A stretch of DNA of 64,000 nucleotides from Candidatus Saccharimonadota bacterium (GTDB lineage: Bacteria > Patescibacteriota > Saccharimonadia > Saccharimonadales > UBA10212): NCBI GenBank assembly GCA_016187125.1, contig JACPKF010000001.1, positions 38,931 through 102,930 on the forward strand, read 5' to 3'. Position numbers and translations under genes: made by a program. The notes below the pieces were generated by a model that had not been told where the DNA came from, did no database searches, and worked only from the letters and a program-made list of their open reading frames with translations. Numbering within the stretch: position 1 is the stretch's first letter; every line of letters starts with the position of its first letter. Of this stretch, positions 8,268 through 15,776 are shown one piece after another.

Positions 8268-8810
8268 TTATACTCTCTTCACCTGAAGGCCGTCGAGCTC
8301 CACCGGGGTTTCGCGGCCAAACATGTTAACCAGTACCTTAAGTTTACCCTTTTGGGCGTCAATCTCGTTAATTGCACCATCAAAACCCTTAAACGGTCCA
8401 TCTATTATATTAACAATTTCCCCGACGCGGTAGTCAAACTTGTGCTTGGGCTCTTCGCGGCCCATACGTTTCATGATCTTGGAAATCTCATCGAGTTCTA
8501 ATGGTGTGGGTTCGATACCGGTGCCGACAAAGCCGGTAACGTTCGGCGTATTCCGCACGATGTACCAGGCGTCTTCAGACAGCTTCATTTCTACAAGTAC
8601 GTAGCCCTGGAAGATTCGTTTTTCGACAATCTTGCGCTTACCGTTTTTAATCTCAATCATTTTTTCTTTGGGAACGAGTACCTGAAAAATCTTGTCCCCC
8701 ATATCAAGTGATTCCGCCCGTTGGCGAATAGATTCGGCCACTTTTTCTTCATAACCGGAGTAGGTATGGATAGCATACCACTGTTTAGTTGAATCGTACC
8801 GCTTAGCCAC
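8268..8810 (-). CDS. nusG: transcription termination/antitermination factor NusG
   Basis: KQWYAIHTYSGYEEKV (NGN domain) and a C-terminal KOW motif (GEIVNIIDGPFKGFDGAINEID). Start re-called to the GTG at 8810, with GGAGG 6 nt upstream. The track start at 8864 adds an implausible leader. Confidence 0.9.
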   Translation of the reverse strand: MAKRYDSTKQWYAIHTYSGYEEKVAESIRQRAESLDMGDKIFQVLVPKEKMIEIKNGKRKIVEKRIFQGYVLVEMKLSEDAWYIVRNTPNVTGFVGTGIEPTPLELDEISKIMKRMGREEPKHKFDYRVGEIVNIIDGPFKGFDGAINEIDAQKGKLKVLVNMFGRETPVELDGLQVKRV

Positions 8811-8915
8811 AGCCAACCTCCGGTTGCAGTAAAAAGTAAAAAGTAAAAAATGAAAAGCCAGCAACTACATTGATGATTCTTATTTCTTTATTGCATATTA
8901 CATTTTGCATATTGC
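8811..8915 (-). repeat. secE-nusG spacer, family D-like (GTAAAAA tandem / TTGCATATT arm)
   Basis: GTAAAAAGTAAAAAGTAAAAAATGAAAAG ... TTATTGCATATTACATTTTGCATATTGCC. Confidence 0.5.
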
Positions 8916-9293
8916 CTACTTGAGGATTACCTTTTTAAATACCTCGTCCAGGATTTTATCAACTCCGGCTACTAAAGAACCAAATACTATTGCAAAAATC
9001 AAAACTGCTAGAGTCAGACGCCTCGTTTCTATACGAGTCGGCCAAGTAACTTGTCTAACCTCACGCCAGGAATTAATAAAATATCGGGGTACAAGCCAGC
9101 TTAAAATCTTTTTAAGTGGCCAAAAAATAAAAACCAGGATTCTAATTACTCGAGACAAAAAACCTGCTTTGAGCAATCTTGATCCAAACTTGCTAAGCTT
9201 TGAGGATTTTTTGCGAACCTCGATCTTAGTTCTGGCAGTCTCTGCTTTCTCCCCAACGCTCAATGCCTTCCGGATTCTAGGCTTATTGGCCAT
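8916..9293 (-). CDS. secE: preprotein translocase subunit SecE (extended N-terminus)
   Basis: C-terminal REVRQVTWPTRIETRRLTLAVLIFAIVFGSLVAGVDKILD is the SecE transmembrane signature. Sits in the canonical position upstream of nusG. Confidence 0.75.
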   Translation of the reverse strand: MANKPRIRKALSVGEKAETARTKIEVRKKSSKLSKFGSRLLKAGFLSRVIRILVFIFWPLKKILSWLVPRYFINSWREVRQVTWPTRIETRRLTLAVLIFAIVFGSLVAGVDKILDEVFKKVILK

Positions 9294-9476
9294 CTTACTC
9301 CCTTTGCCCGCCTAAACTTCTCCTTTTCCGGATGAAGTTTGTGCGACCAAGCCCGCAATCCGCCTCAGGCGGACAGCAGGTAATTAAAATAGCCTACTGT
9401 TTATAGTAGGCCTTCACCTGTCAATAGTAGCAAATGGCATGAGGTTTATCAAGGCCCCCAACTAAGCCATGCTAAA

Positions 9477-9606
9477 TTACCCACGCACCGAAAAAGCCTC
9501 GAACTTTAATTCGGGGATGAAGGTCAGTCTGGCTTTTTAGTGCGGGGTTCCGCGCTCCAAAAGCCGAAGGGTTGAAGCCTCGGACTTTAGTTCGTGGAGC
9601 GCTTCA
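9477..9606 (+). repeat. 130-nt structured repeat, copy 1 (element sense is the plus strand, antisense to flanking genes)
   Basis: About 85% identical to the reverse complement of 48552-48680. Contains CTCGAA-CTTTAA-TTCGGG and CCTCGGAC-TTTA-GTTCGTGG hairpins plus a GCGCTCCA...TGGAGCGC closing helix. Confidence 0.75.
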
Positions 9607-10341
9607 CCAAGAAGGTTCTAAACGGGGCTTGTGTTCACGGAGTTGACGACGTTTTAATTTTGCACTAGGGACTAGTTCTTCCAACCGAGCCCAATAATCA
9701 GGGCTATGGTTAAGGAATTTAGTATGAACAAGCTCGTGCAGCATGACATATTTGATAAATTCGTCTGGCAATTGCACCAAGAAATAGCTCAAAGTGATGA
9801 TTTGATTACTAGAACAACTACCCCAACGTGAAGTTAGTTTACGTATGCGTAGCTCTTTATAGTTAAAGCCATTTTTTTCAGCCAGAGCCAGCAGCTGTGG
9901 TGGAAGACTAACTTTAGCTTCCTTTAGAAGAGCCCGTTCACAGGCATGGATGGCCCGACGTTGTACAAGCTCATTCTGAATTGGGTAAGAAGTGCTAATA
10001 ATAATTCTTTGACCAGCGATTCTTGTTGCTAGAACTATTGGCTCCAGCGCCTTGATTATCTGGAGATTATAGGTCTTACCGATTCTTGCGCCGTCTCTCA
10101 GTAGGATTTTTTGATTCTTCTGTTTGTGAGCAATGATCCAATCTTTACGTTTTTTGGCGAACGCCAGCGCCGAGCGATAAGGGACCCAACGGGGCATACT
10201 AATGCGGACTTGGCCATTAATATTGACACTTAATCTTAGACCTTTGGCACTTCTACGTTTTGCCAGAGTTATTTCGCCGATTTCATCCACCCAAGCCTTT
10301 TTGGACATTCGACTGGCCTGAGCTCGCTGGTGGTAAACCAT
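9604..10341 (-). CDS. YgjP/DUF45-like zinc metallohydrolase (HExxH)
   Basis: C-terminal region reads FIKYVMLHELVHTKFLNHSPDYWARLEELVP, an HELVH motif in the DUF45 context. Confidence 0.7.
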   Translation of the reverse strand: MVYHQRAQASRMSKKAWVDEIGEITLAKRRSAKGLRLSVNINGQVRISMPRWVPYRSALAFAKKRKDWIIAHKQKNQKILLRDGARIGKTYNLQIIKALEPIVLATRIAGQRIIISTSYPIQNELVQRRAIHACERALLKEAKVSLPPQLLALAEKNGFNYKELRIRKLTSRWGSCSSNQIITLSYFLVQLPDEFIKYVMLHELVHTKFLNHSPDYWARLEELVPSAKLKRRQLREHKPRLEPSW

Positions 10342-10994
10342 TAACTTACAGAGATGTTGCGATGACTCTGGTCTGTTGAAAAGGGTTGAGGAATTAGATT
10401 GATCAGACCCGGTTTGGTGATATTGTCCTGGACGGTTTCACTGCTAATAAGACTCATCTGGTATAAGCGGTTTACGATAGTGCTTTTTTGGGTTACAAAG
10501 GCGTGTTTACCGCTAATGACTAGATAATCTTCACCTTCCGGGTTTTGCATGTTGACGAGTTGTTGATTAAAAGTTTCACGGGTTTGAGGTTCGGCATTTT
10601 TGTCGTCGCTAGTGCGGCGATCACGCCGCTGGGTTCTGGCGTAGGCGCTCTCTAAATCGATTTGCAGCCAGACAAGCAAGTAAGCCGCTTTATTTTTAAT
10701 AGCCAGTTCGCGTAATTTTCGACGTCCAGCCGAGCGCAGGGCATTCATATCATAAATAACGCTAACGCCTGAATTTAAAAACTCTTCCGCCATATATTTC
10801 ATAAGGCGTGAGATAATAGCGTTTTCTTGATTGTCGTAACGGGGACTTGCAAAAAGTTCACTTCGAATCCGATCAGCGCTAACATTCGCCGCTTGAACAT
10901 GTTCTGTGAGATTACGCGCTAAGTAGCTTTTACCGGATCCGGGAAAGCCGTACAGGCAAATCAACACCGGCTTATTTAGAATTATCTTATTCAT
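10341..10994 (-). CDS. P-loop kinase-like ATPase (AAA_33 / zeta-toxin-like fold)
   Basis: Walker A motif LYGFPGSGKSYLARNL at the N-terminus, 217 aa. Its stop overlaps the start of the downstream gene at 10341. Confidence 0.6.
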   Translation of the reverse strand: MNKIILNKPVLICLYGFPGSGKSYLARNLTEHVQAANVSADRIRSELFASPRYDNQENAIISRLMKYMAEEFLNSGVSVIYDMNALRSAGRRKLRELAIKNKAAYLLVWLQIDLESAYARTQRRDRRTSDDKNAEPQTRETFNQQLVNMQNPEGEDYLVISGKHAFVTQKSTIVNRLYQMSLISSETVQDNITKPGLINLIPQPFSTDQSHRNISVS

Positions 10995-11126
10995 GTAGTT
11001 TTGATACTACCACCTATATTGTGCTTCATAAAGTGATTACGCTTACTAGTTCTTCGACTACGCTCGGGATCATTCGCCTGGCATGTGGTTTATCATGATT
11101 AATCCGCTAGCTGGCGGAGAATCGAA

Positions 11127-11201
11127 TGGCAGGGGCACGTGGAATCGAACCACGATCTAAGGTTTTGGAGACCTTTATACTAGCCGTTGTACTATGCCCC
11201 T
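11127..11201 (-). tRNA. tRNA-Trp (anticodon CCA), CCA-encoded
   Basis: Reverse complement AGGGGCATAGTACAACGGCTAGTATAAAGGTCTCCAAAACCTTAGATCGTGGTTCGATTCCACGTGCCCCTGCCA folds as a cloverleaf. Anticodon loop is CTCCAAA. Confidence 0.9.
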
Positions 11202-11351
11202 TCGTCGAAACCGACGGTCGGCTTCTACGGAACCGAAGTATTTGGTTCTGTTACAACCTTCAGTCGATTCCTCCTCTCAATTTTGCAAAAACCTGCACTG
11301 CGTATTTTCGCAAAAAATTGTGATAGCTACAGTATATCTTAAACTGGCTGG

Positions 11352-11552
11352 TTATTTACGAACTGGCACAACGTTGCGGCCAAGGTTTTTGTTTGTTTCG
11401 GTTTGCTTGGCAATTAGGCGTTTGACTGGGCAGTATTTTTTAAATTCGGTCTTATCGGGAGTGTTCATAGTATTCTTAGTCGTGTAATAATGACGCTGCC
11501 CGCAGGCCTCGCATACTAACCCAACAATTTTGCGCCTATCACTCTTAGCCAT
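11352..11552 (-). CDS. rpmG: 50S ribosomal protein L33
   Basis: [45 protein letters not shown]. Start re-called to the ATG at 11552, with GGAG 8 nt upstream. Confidence 0.85.
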   Translation of the reverse strand: MAKSDRRKIVGLVCEACGQRHYYTTKNTMNTPDKTEFKKYCPVKRLIAKQTETNKNLGRNVVPVRK

Positions 11553-11575
11553 TCGACTCACTCCGTTCGCTCATG

Positions 11576-11604
11576 ATTATAACCATAAAAAATAACCTTT
11601 CGAA
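11576..11604 (-). promoter_or_regulatory. candidate promoter for rpmG (TTCGAA-17-TATAAT)
   Basis: Minus strand carries TATAAT at 11581-11576 and a weak -35 element. Confidence 0.35.
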
Positions 11605-11675
11605 TTACCCAAATGCTAACAGATAACAGATGAATTTTCAATACTGGCTTGCCACGCTAGGCTTTTAGTAAAGTA

Positions 11676-11751
11676 TGGAGCCGACACCGAGAGTTGAACT
11701 CGGGACCCTTCCCTTACCATGGGAATGCTCTAGCCACTGAGCTATGTCGGC
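11676..11751 (-). tRNA. tRNA-Thr (anticodon GGT), CCA-encoded
   Basis: Reverse complement is GCCGACATAGCTCAGTGGCTAGAGCATTCCCATGGTAAGGGAAGGGTCCCGAGTTCAACTCTCGGTGTCGGCTCCA. Anticodon loop is ATGGTAA. Confidence 0.9.
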
Positions 11752-11794
11752 ACTTGCTCCCACTATTTTACTAAACAACTATGTGCCTACAAAA

Positions 11795-12835
11795 TCAGAC
11801 GGCTATAACAGATTTTATTTTATTGATGGCTTCTTTGAGGCTATTTGCTTGAACTCGGGCGCCAGCGGCTGCTTTGTGGCCTCCCCCGTCAAATTTAGCG
11901 GCGATCTTTGATACATCCCTCACGCCGTTTAATGATCTTATGGACAGTGAATATATATTTTCGCCTTCCACTGCGTCTTTATAAACTATGAATCCCCACT
12001 TTCGGTCCTCAACATTACGGATGTATCGGTTGACGAAGAAGCTGCAGCCTTTGTGCAAAGCGGCCGACGACTTACCTTTCTGTACCCATTCTCTCTCGAA
12101 TGTGTCGCTTATATAACTATAGCTGTAGGCTTGCTCATGAGTAATATTGGTAGCCAGTTCGCCGATGACTTTTATATGGTCTTGGCTGTAGCGGTTCAAC
12201 TTATTGCTCAATTCTTCCAAGTTGACGCCACCATCAACCAATTTAGCTACTAACTGAAACATCTCTAGCTGCCGCTTGGATGGATAAATAAAACCTCCTG
12301 AGTCCGAATAAATCCCGAGCATTGTCGTATTGCCAGCTCCATTCGGTTGCTGAAGTTTCAACTGATCGAAAAACAATTCATACAAATCCATGGCTACCGC
12401 CGGGCTACCATTATTTATGTATAGATCAGCCGGCTCAATCTGCTCCTTTTCATGGTGGTCAATCATTGCCAGTTTTGCGCCGCTGTTTTTAACGTAAGCC
12501 TTGGCTTGGTCAACTGATTGACGCGTACAACGTTCCAAATTCATAGCGTCAACAATAATAATTAGGTCTGGCTTGCCGTCCTGAAGCATGTTTGCTAAAG
12601 AACCAACTTTAAGTTGATTGTAGCCTTCCAGGAAATCAAGCCCTTCAGGTTGATCTTCAGATGAGGCAATGACTTGTTTGTCTGGATAATTTAGAGTAAG
12701 TGTGGTGGCGCTGAGCAAAACAGACGCAACGGCGTCCGGATCCGGCGAAACATGGGTAGTAATTAAAATCCTACTCGAGTTACTGACCAGTTGTTTAAAT
12801 TCTTCGACTTCTTCCACGCTGCTTTTACTATACAC
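11795..12835 (-). CDS. DHH-family phosphoesterase (NrnA-like oligoribonuclease / pAp phosphatase)
   Basis: Motifs ITTHVSPDPDAVAS, MIDHHEKE and a C-terminal GGGHKAAAG (DHHA1). Confidence 0.8.
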   Translation of the reverse strand: MYSKSSVEEVEEFKQLVSNSSRILITTHVSPDPDAVASVLLSATTLTLNYPDKQVIASSEDQPEGLDFLEGYNQLKVGSLANMLQDGKPDLIIIVDAMNLERCTRQSVDQAKAYVKNSGAKLAMIDHHEKEQIEPADLYINNGSPAVAMDLYELFFDQLKLQQPNGAGNTTMLGIYSDSGGFIYPSKRQLEMFQLVAKLVDGGVNLEELSNKLNRYSQDHIKVIGELATNITHEQAYSYSYISDTFEREWVQKGKSSAALHKGCSFFVNRYIRNVEDRKWGFIVYKDAVEGENIYSLSIRSLNGVRDVSKIAAKFDGGGHKAAAGARVQANSLKEAINKIKSVIAV

Positions 12836-12881
12836 TAACTCCTTGAGAAGCTATTTTCGTTCTGTTAAACTTAGCCATATT

Positions 12882-12956
12882 GCCACCTTAGCTCAGCGGT
12901 AGAGCAACACTTTTGTAAAGTGAAGGTCGTCGGTTCAAATCCGACAGGTGGCTCCA
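12882..12956 (+). tRNA. tRNA-Thr (anticodon TGT), CCA-encoded
   Basis: GCCACCTTAGCTCAGCGGTAGAGCAACACTTTTGTAAAGTGAAGGTCGTCGGTTCAAATCCGACAGGTGGCTCCA. Confidence 0.9.
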
Positions 12957-13133
12957 GTGGAGTTTTGAGAGGTGTTACAATAAACTCTGAGTCCCAAAAG
13001 TAAACAAAAATTGGGGCCCCCGCAAAAACATCGTGTTTTTGTGGGGAGAGGAGGAGCAGCGAAAAGCTGCAGACACGGAATAAGTTGAACTCAAATTATT
13101 ACGTTGTCGTAAGTTGACAGCTTGCTCCGACGA

Positions 13134-13220
13134 GCTGGGGTAGCGAAGCGGCCAAACGCATTTGACTGTAAATCAAACGGCTTTACGCCTTCGGGGGTTC
13201 GAATCCCTCCCCCAGCACCA
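13134..13220 (+). tRNA. tRNA-Tyr (anticodon GTA), long variable arm, CCA-encoded
   Basis: GCTGGGGTAGCGAAGCGGCCAAACGCATTTGACTGTAAATCAAACGGCTTTACGCCTTCGGGGGTTCGAATCCCTCCCCCAGCACCA. Confidence 0.9.
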
Positions 13221-13249
13221 TTGACTGACTATGATTATAGTTATATAAT
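13221..13249 (+). promoter_or_regulatory. near-consensus sigma-70-type promoter TTGACT-17-TATAAT, starting the base after tRNA-Tyr
   Basis: TTGACT at 13221-13226, a 17-nt spacer, and TATAAT at 13244-13249. The ATG at 13260 lies 10 nt after the -10 element, with no SD. Confidence 0.55.
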
Positions 13250-13259
13250 ATATCTATCA

Positions 13260-14012
13260 ATGAATAGACGAACTGCTCGAACACTCCACCAATCAGCAAA
13301 CATTACTTTTTGGATGGAAAATCCTGAGTGGGAGTCAGGCAATCCATACTTCGATCTATTATGTAGGGCAGCTCGAGCCTTGCCATTTAGCGTGCACGAA
13401 GCCCAGAAGCGGGCATTTTTTGACAGAGATATACTTATATCCGTTAATGCAGAGTCGGTCGTGGCTGTCAATGGACTGGCTAAAGTTGATAAGTTTATGT
13501 TTCGCTACCCTGACAAAATGTCATTAGAAACCTTTCGAGACCATGTTCAGCATGAGGTGGGTGCTGTACTATCGTCGCTGGGCACGGTGGCTTTGTCCAC
13601 AAGTGTTAGTATTAAGTCAGCATATATTTTCAGAAATCCTCAAACCTCTGTTCGGGCGGTAACTCAGACTCAACCGAGACTCAATCTAGATGTTAATGAA
13701 GTATTCAATTTGGAGACTGTTAAGGACGAAGCACCTTCGCCAAGACTAACCAGAACTTTAAGCGACTTGGAGAATTTAATTAGTGGGTCAGATTTACTCT
13801 CAGAGGAGTACGACTTTTACCCAGACATCGCAATGAGCTCAGGTAACCTGAGGAGGAGTTCGAAAGACGGTTCGGTTAGACTAATAGATGTTATGCCAGC
13901 TTACGGAAATGGAAGTAGGTTAATTGGCGACAGGCCTCCAGCAAGCTGGGTGCCGCACATTAAAGAGAATTTACAAATATATCAAGAATTTGTTGGTCGT
14001 TTTGGGGGTTAA
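13260..14012 (+). CDS. hypothetical protein (250 aa), probably a leaderless mRNA
   Basis: The track ORF 13122-14012 overlaps tRNA-Tyr. The first plausible start is the ATG at 13260 (MNRRTARTLHQ). No family recognised. Confidence 0.5.
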   Translation: MNRRTARTLHQSANITFWMENPEWESGNPYFDLLCRAARALPFSVHEAQKRAFFDRDILISVNAESVVAVNGLAKVDKFMFRYPDKMSLETFRDHVQHEVGAVLSSLGTVALSTSVSIKSAYIFRNPQTSVRAVTQTQPRLNLDVNEVFNLETVKDEAPSPRLTRTLSDLENLISGSDLLSEEYDFYPDIAMSSGNLRRSSKDGSVRLIDVMPAYGNGSRLIGDRPPASWVPHIKENLQIYQEFVGRFGG

Positions 14013-14436
14013 TTTATATAACAAACCACGGGAGCTCAGAGTCTTTCGGGATTCTGATGATAAACTTTAAGGAGTAGCGTCCTAGCCTCGGTAACCACGC
14101 TGCAACATCCTCCGTCGCAAAGTCCTTTATGGACTTAGCTATAGGATTTTTGTTTTGGGAGGGATGAGAACGGGTATGCCGGGGGCATACCCCGCCCGAA
14201 GCCACGATTTGGGGCTGTGACAAATCGGGGTCGCCTTGCTAAACTTAGCTTTAGTTTAGCGGCGAGGTCAGAATCCCTCCCCTTTTCGAGCCTGAGCCAA
14301 GTCGAAGGCCAGCACCAAGTCTTGTATTTATCCTTAGATTTAAGATGTGATTTGCATTATATTGGGGTTAAGCGATACCGACCTGCCCGTATGCTATGAT
14401 AAATTCATAAGCATAATATCTCTAGAGGAGGGAGCG

Positions 14437-15003
14437 ATGTTAAAAGAAATAATCAATGAAACTACAGATGCCGTGGTGGCGGCTGTCAAAGGGACAGACG
14501 ACATTTTTGGTGCCGTTACGGACACGGTTAAAAAACAAGTTATCAACGTACTAAAAAGTGGTGGTGAAATAACAGGCACTAGTGTTGACGTAGTCGCCTC
14601 TGTAGCTAGCGGCGCCATTAAGGGCACTGGGCAGGTAGGCGCCTCCCTCACCGACGTAATCTCGAGCACCATGAGTGGTGTGGTAAACGGTGTGAGTGAA
14701 GTAGGCGGCGATGTAATCTCTGCTGTACGGGATAGTACTAGAGGCATTGTACAAGCTACTGCCGAAACTAGTGGCGACGTTGGCACGGCAGCCGTGACAG
14801 CCGTAGAAGGGGCCATGAAATCAGCCGGCAGTGTGGGAGTTGACAGCGCGGAGGCTGCTAAGGCGGCTGTGGGTGGCGCAATGGATGCTGCGACCAGTAT
14901 CGGCGGCGATGCTAGCCAAAAAATTCGTGAGGCATTACTTTCGGCAGCGGCACTGCCGCGGGACGTAATTGAGTCTGCTCTTAAAGGTAGTGATAACAAG
15001 TAA
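14437..15003 (+). CDS. Gly/Ala/Val/Ser/Thr-rich protein built from about 14 consecutive 11-residue repeats
   Basis: GGAGGGAG lies 3 nt before the ATG at 14437 (MLKEIINETTD). The 11-mer register runs TDAVVAAVKGT, DDIFGAVTDTV, KKQVINVLKSG, GEITGTSVDVV and so on. The antisense ORF is a composition artefact. Confidence 0.55.
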   Translation: MLKEIINETTDAVVAAVKGTDDIFGAVTDTVKKQVINVLKSGGEITGTSVDVVASVASGAIKGTGQVGASLTDVISSTMSGVVNGVSEVGGDVISAVRDSTRGIVQATAETSGDVGTAAVTAVEGAMKSAGSVGVDSAEAAKAAVGGAMDAATSIGGDASQKIREALLSAAALPRDVIESALKGSDNK

Positions 15004-15102
15004 CTCAGTTTTAAAAACCGGAGTTTAAAATTTATAGCCAATTATTCTAGAGGCGAAGTATCCTAACTCTGGTTTCTGATCGCACCATGAGGAAGTGATT
15101 AC

Positions 15103-15756
15103 TTAAATAACAACTCGTTTGGGGCGCAGCAGGCGTTTAGAGCTCTTGGAAGGCAAGCTCGCTCTATTTAACTTCTTTTGAATTTTAGCGGCCTGGCTCT
15201 TCATGCCTCGTGACTCGTATGAATGGGCCAACAACCCATAAGTTTCGGTGTTGGGTTCCAGCTCAACCGCCCTTTCTAGCTCCTGAATCATTAGCTTGTC
15301 GTTGCCAAGTTTTTCCTGAACTTTAGCATAGGCAATATGTCGAGCCGCTAGAGCGTCTTCTAGTTTAATGGATTGCTCAAAAGCCATGGCTGCTTTATGA
15401 TAATTTTCGGTTTCGTAATATATGAGTCCGAGGTTATGCAGACTTGAAGCGCTCGGTTCAATGCTGCTGGCAATTTCAAAACAATCGATAGCATCCCTAT
15501 ATTCATGCTGCTTGGCGTACAAAATGCCCAGGCGATTATAGGCCGCGGCATTTTTTTCGTCGATTTTGAGGATGGTTAGCAAGGCTTTTTCGGCGCGCAA
15601 CAGACGGTTTTCACGCATACCATAGTGGGCTATCTCCCAAAGTTTAGTTAAGCGGCTACCAATATTTCTAGCGACATAGGAAATTTCGAGTTCAAGCTTA
15701 TGGCCATGATAAAAAACGATGTAGGCAAATATACAAATCAGTATTAACGAGTACAT
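15103..15756 (-). CDS. membrane-anchored TPR-repeat protein
   Basis: N-terminal hydrophobic helix, then TPR-like AAAYNRLGILYAKQHEYRDAIDCFEIASSIEP and LHNLGLIYYETENYHKAAMAFEQSIKLE. Confidence 0.7.
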   Translation of the reverse strand: MYSLILICIFAYIVFYHGHKLELEISYVARNIGSRLTKLWEIAHYGMRENRLLRAEKALLTILKIDEKNAAAYNRLGILYAKQHEYRDAIDCFEIASSIEPSASSLHNLGLIYYETENYHKAAMAFEQSIKLEDALAARHIAYAKVQEKLGNDKLMIQELERAVELEPNTETYGLLAHSYESRGMKSQAAKIQKKLNRASLPSKSSKRLLRPKRVVI

Positions 15757-15776
15757 GCCCGTCTATTATATCAACT

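Noticed and set aside
8811-8864. Longest-ORF N-terminal extensions of nusG, rplQ, rpsD, rpsI, rplE, rpsQ, rplD, rpsL, rpsS and rpmG
   Set aside because: The extra residues (for example MLAFHFLLFTFYCNRRLA...) are translations of spacer repeats. In each case a downstream ATG or GTG has a proper SD and matches the conserved family N-terminus.
13122-13259. N-terminal 46 codons of the track ORF 13122-14012
   Set aside because: This segment overlaps tRNA-Tyr (13134-13220) and a consensus promoter. I used the ATG at 13260 instead.
14195-14330. tmRNA (ssrA) hypothesis, prompted by GGGGCTGTGAC..., a possible tag-like GCC TTG CTA AAC TTA GCT TTA GTT TAG, and ...CCAGCACCA
   Set aside because: No 3' acceptor strand complementary to GGGGCTG followed by CCA. 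The resume codon would be only about 25 nt from the 5' end. There is no T-arm consensus, and the LAA-containing frame has no stop. I also found no RNase P or SRP conserved boxes.
14394-15041. 215-aa minus-strand ORF antisense to the 11-mer repeat protein
   Set aside because: It mirrors a GC-rich, Ala/Gly/Val-biased coding region. The plus-strand ORF has a strong SD (GGAGGGAG) and a regular 11-residue repeat, whereas the antisense product is a Pro/Ser/Thr/Ala smear.
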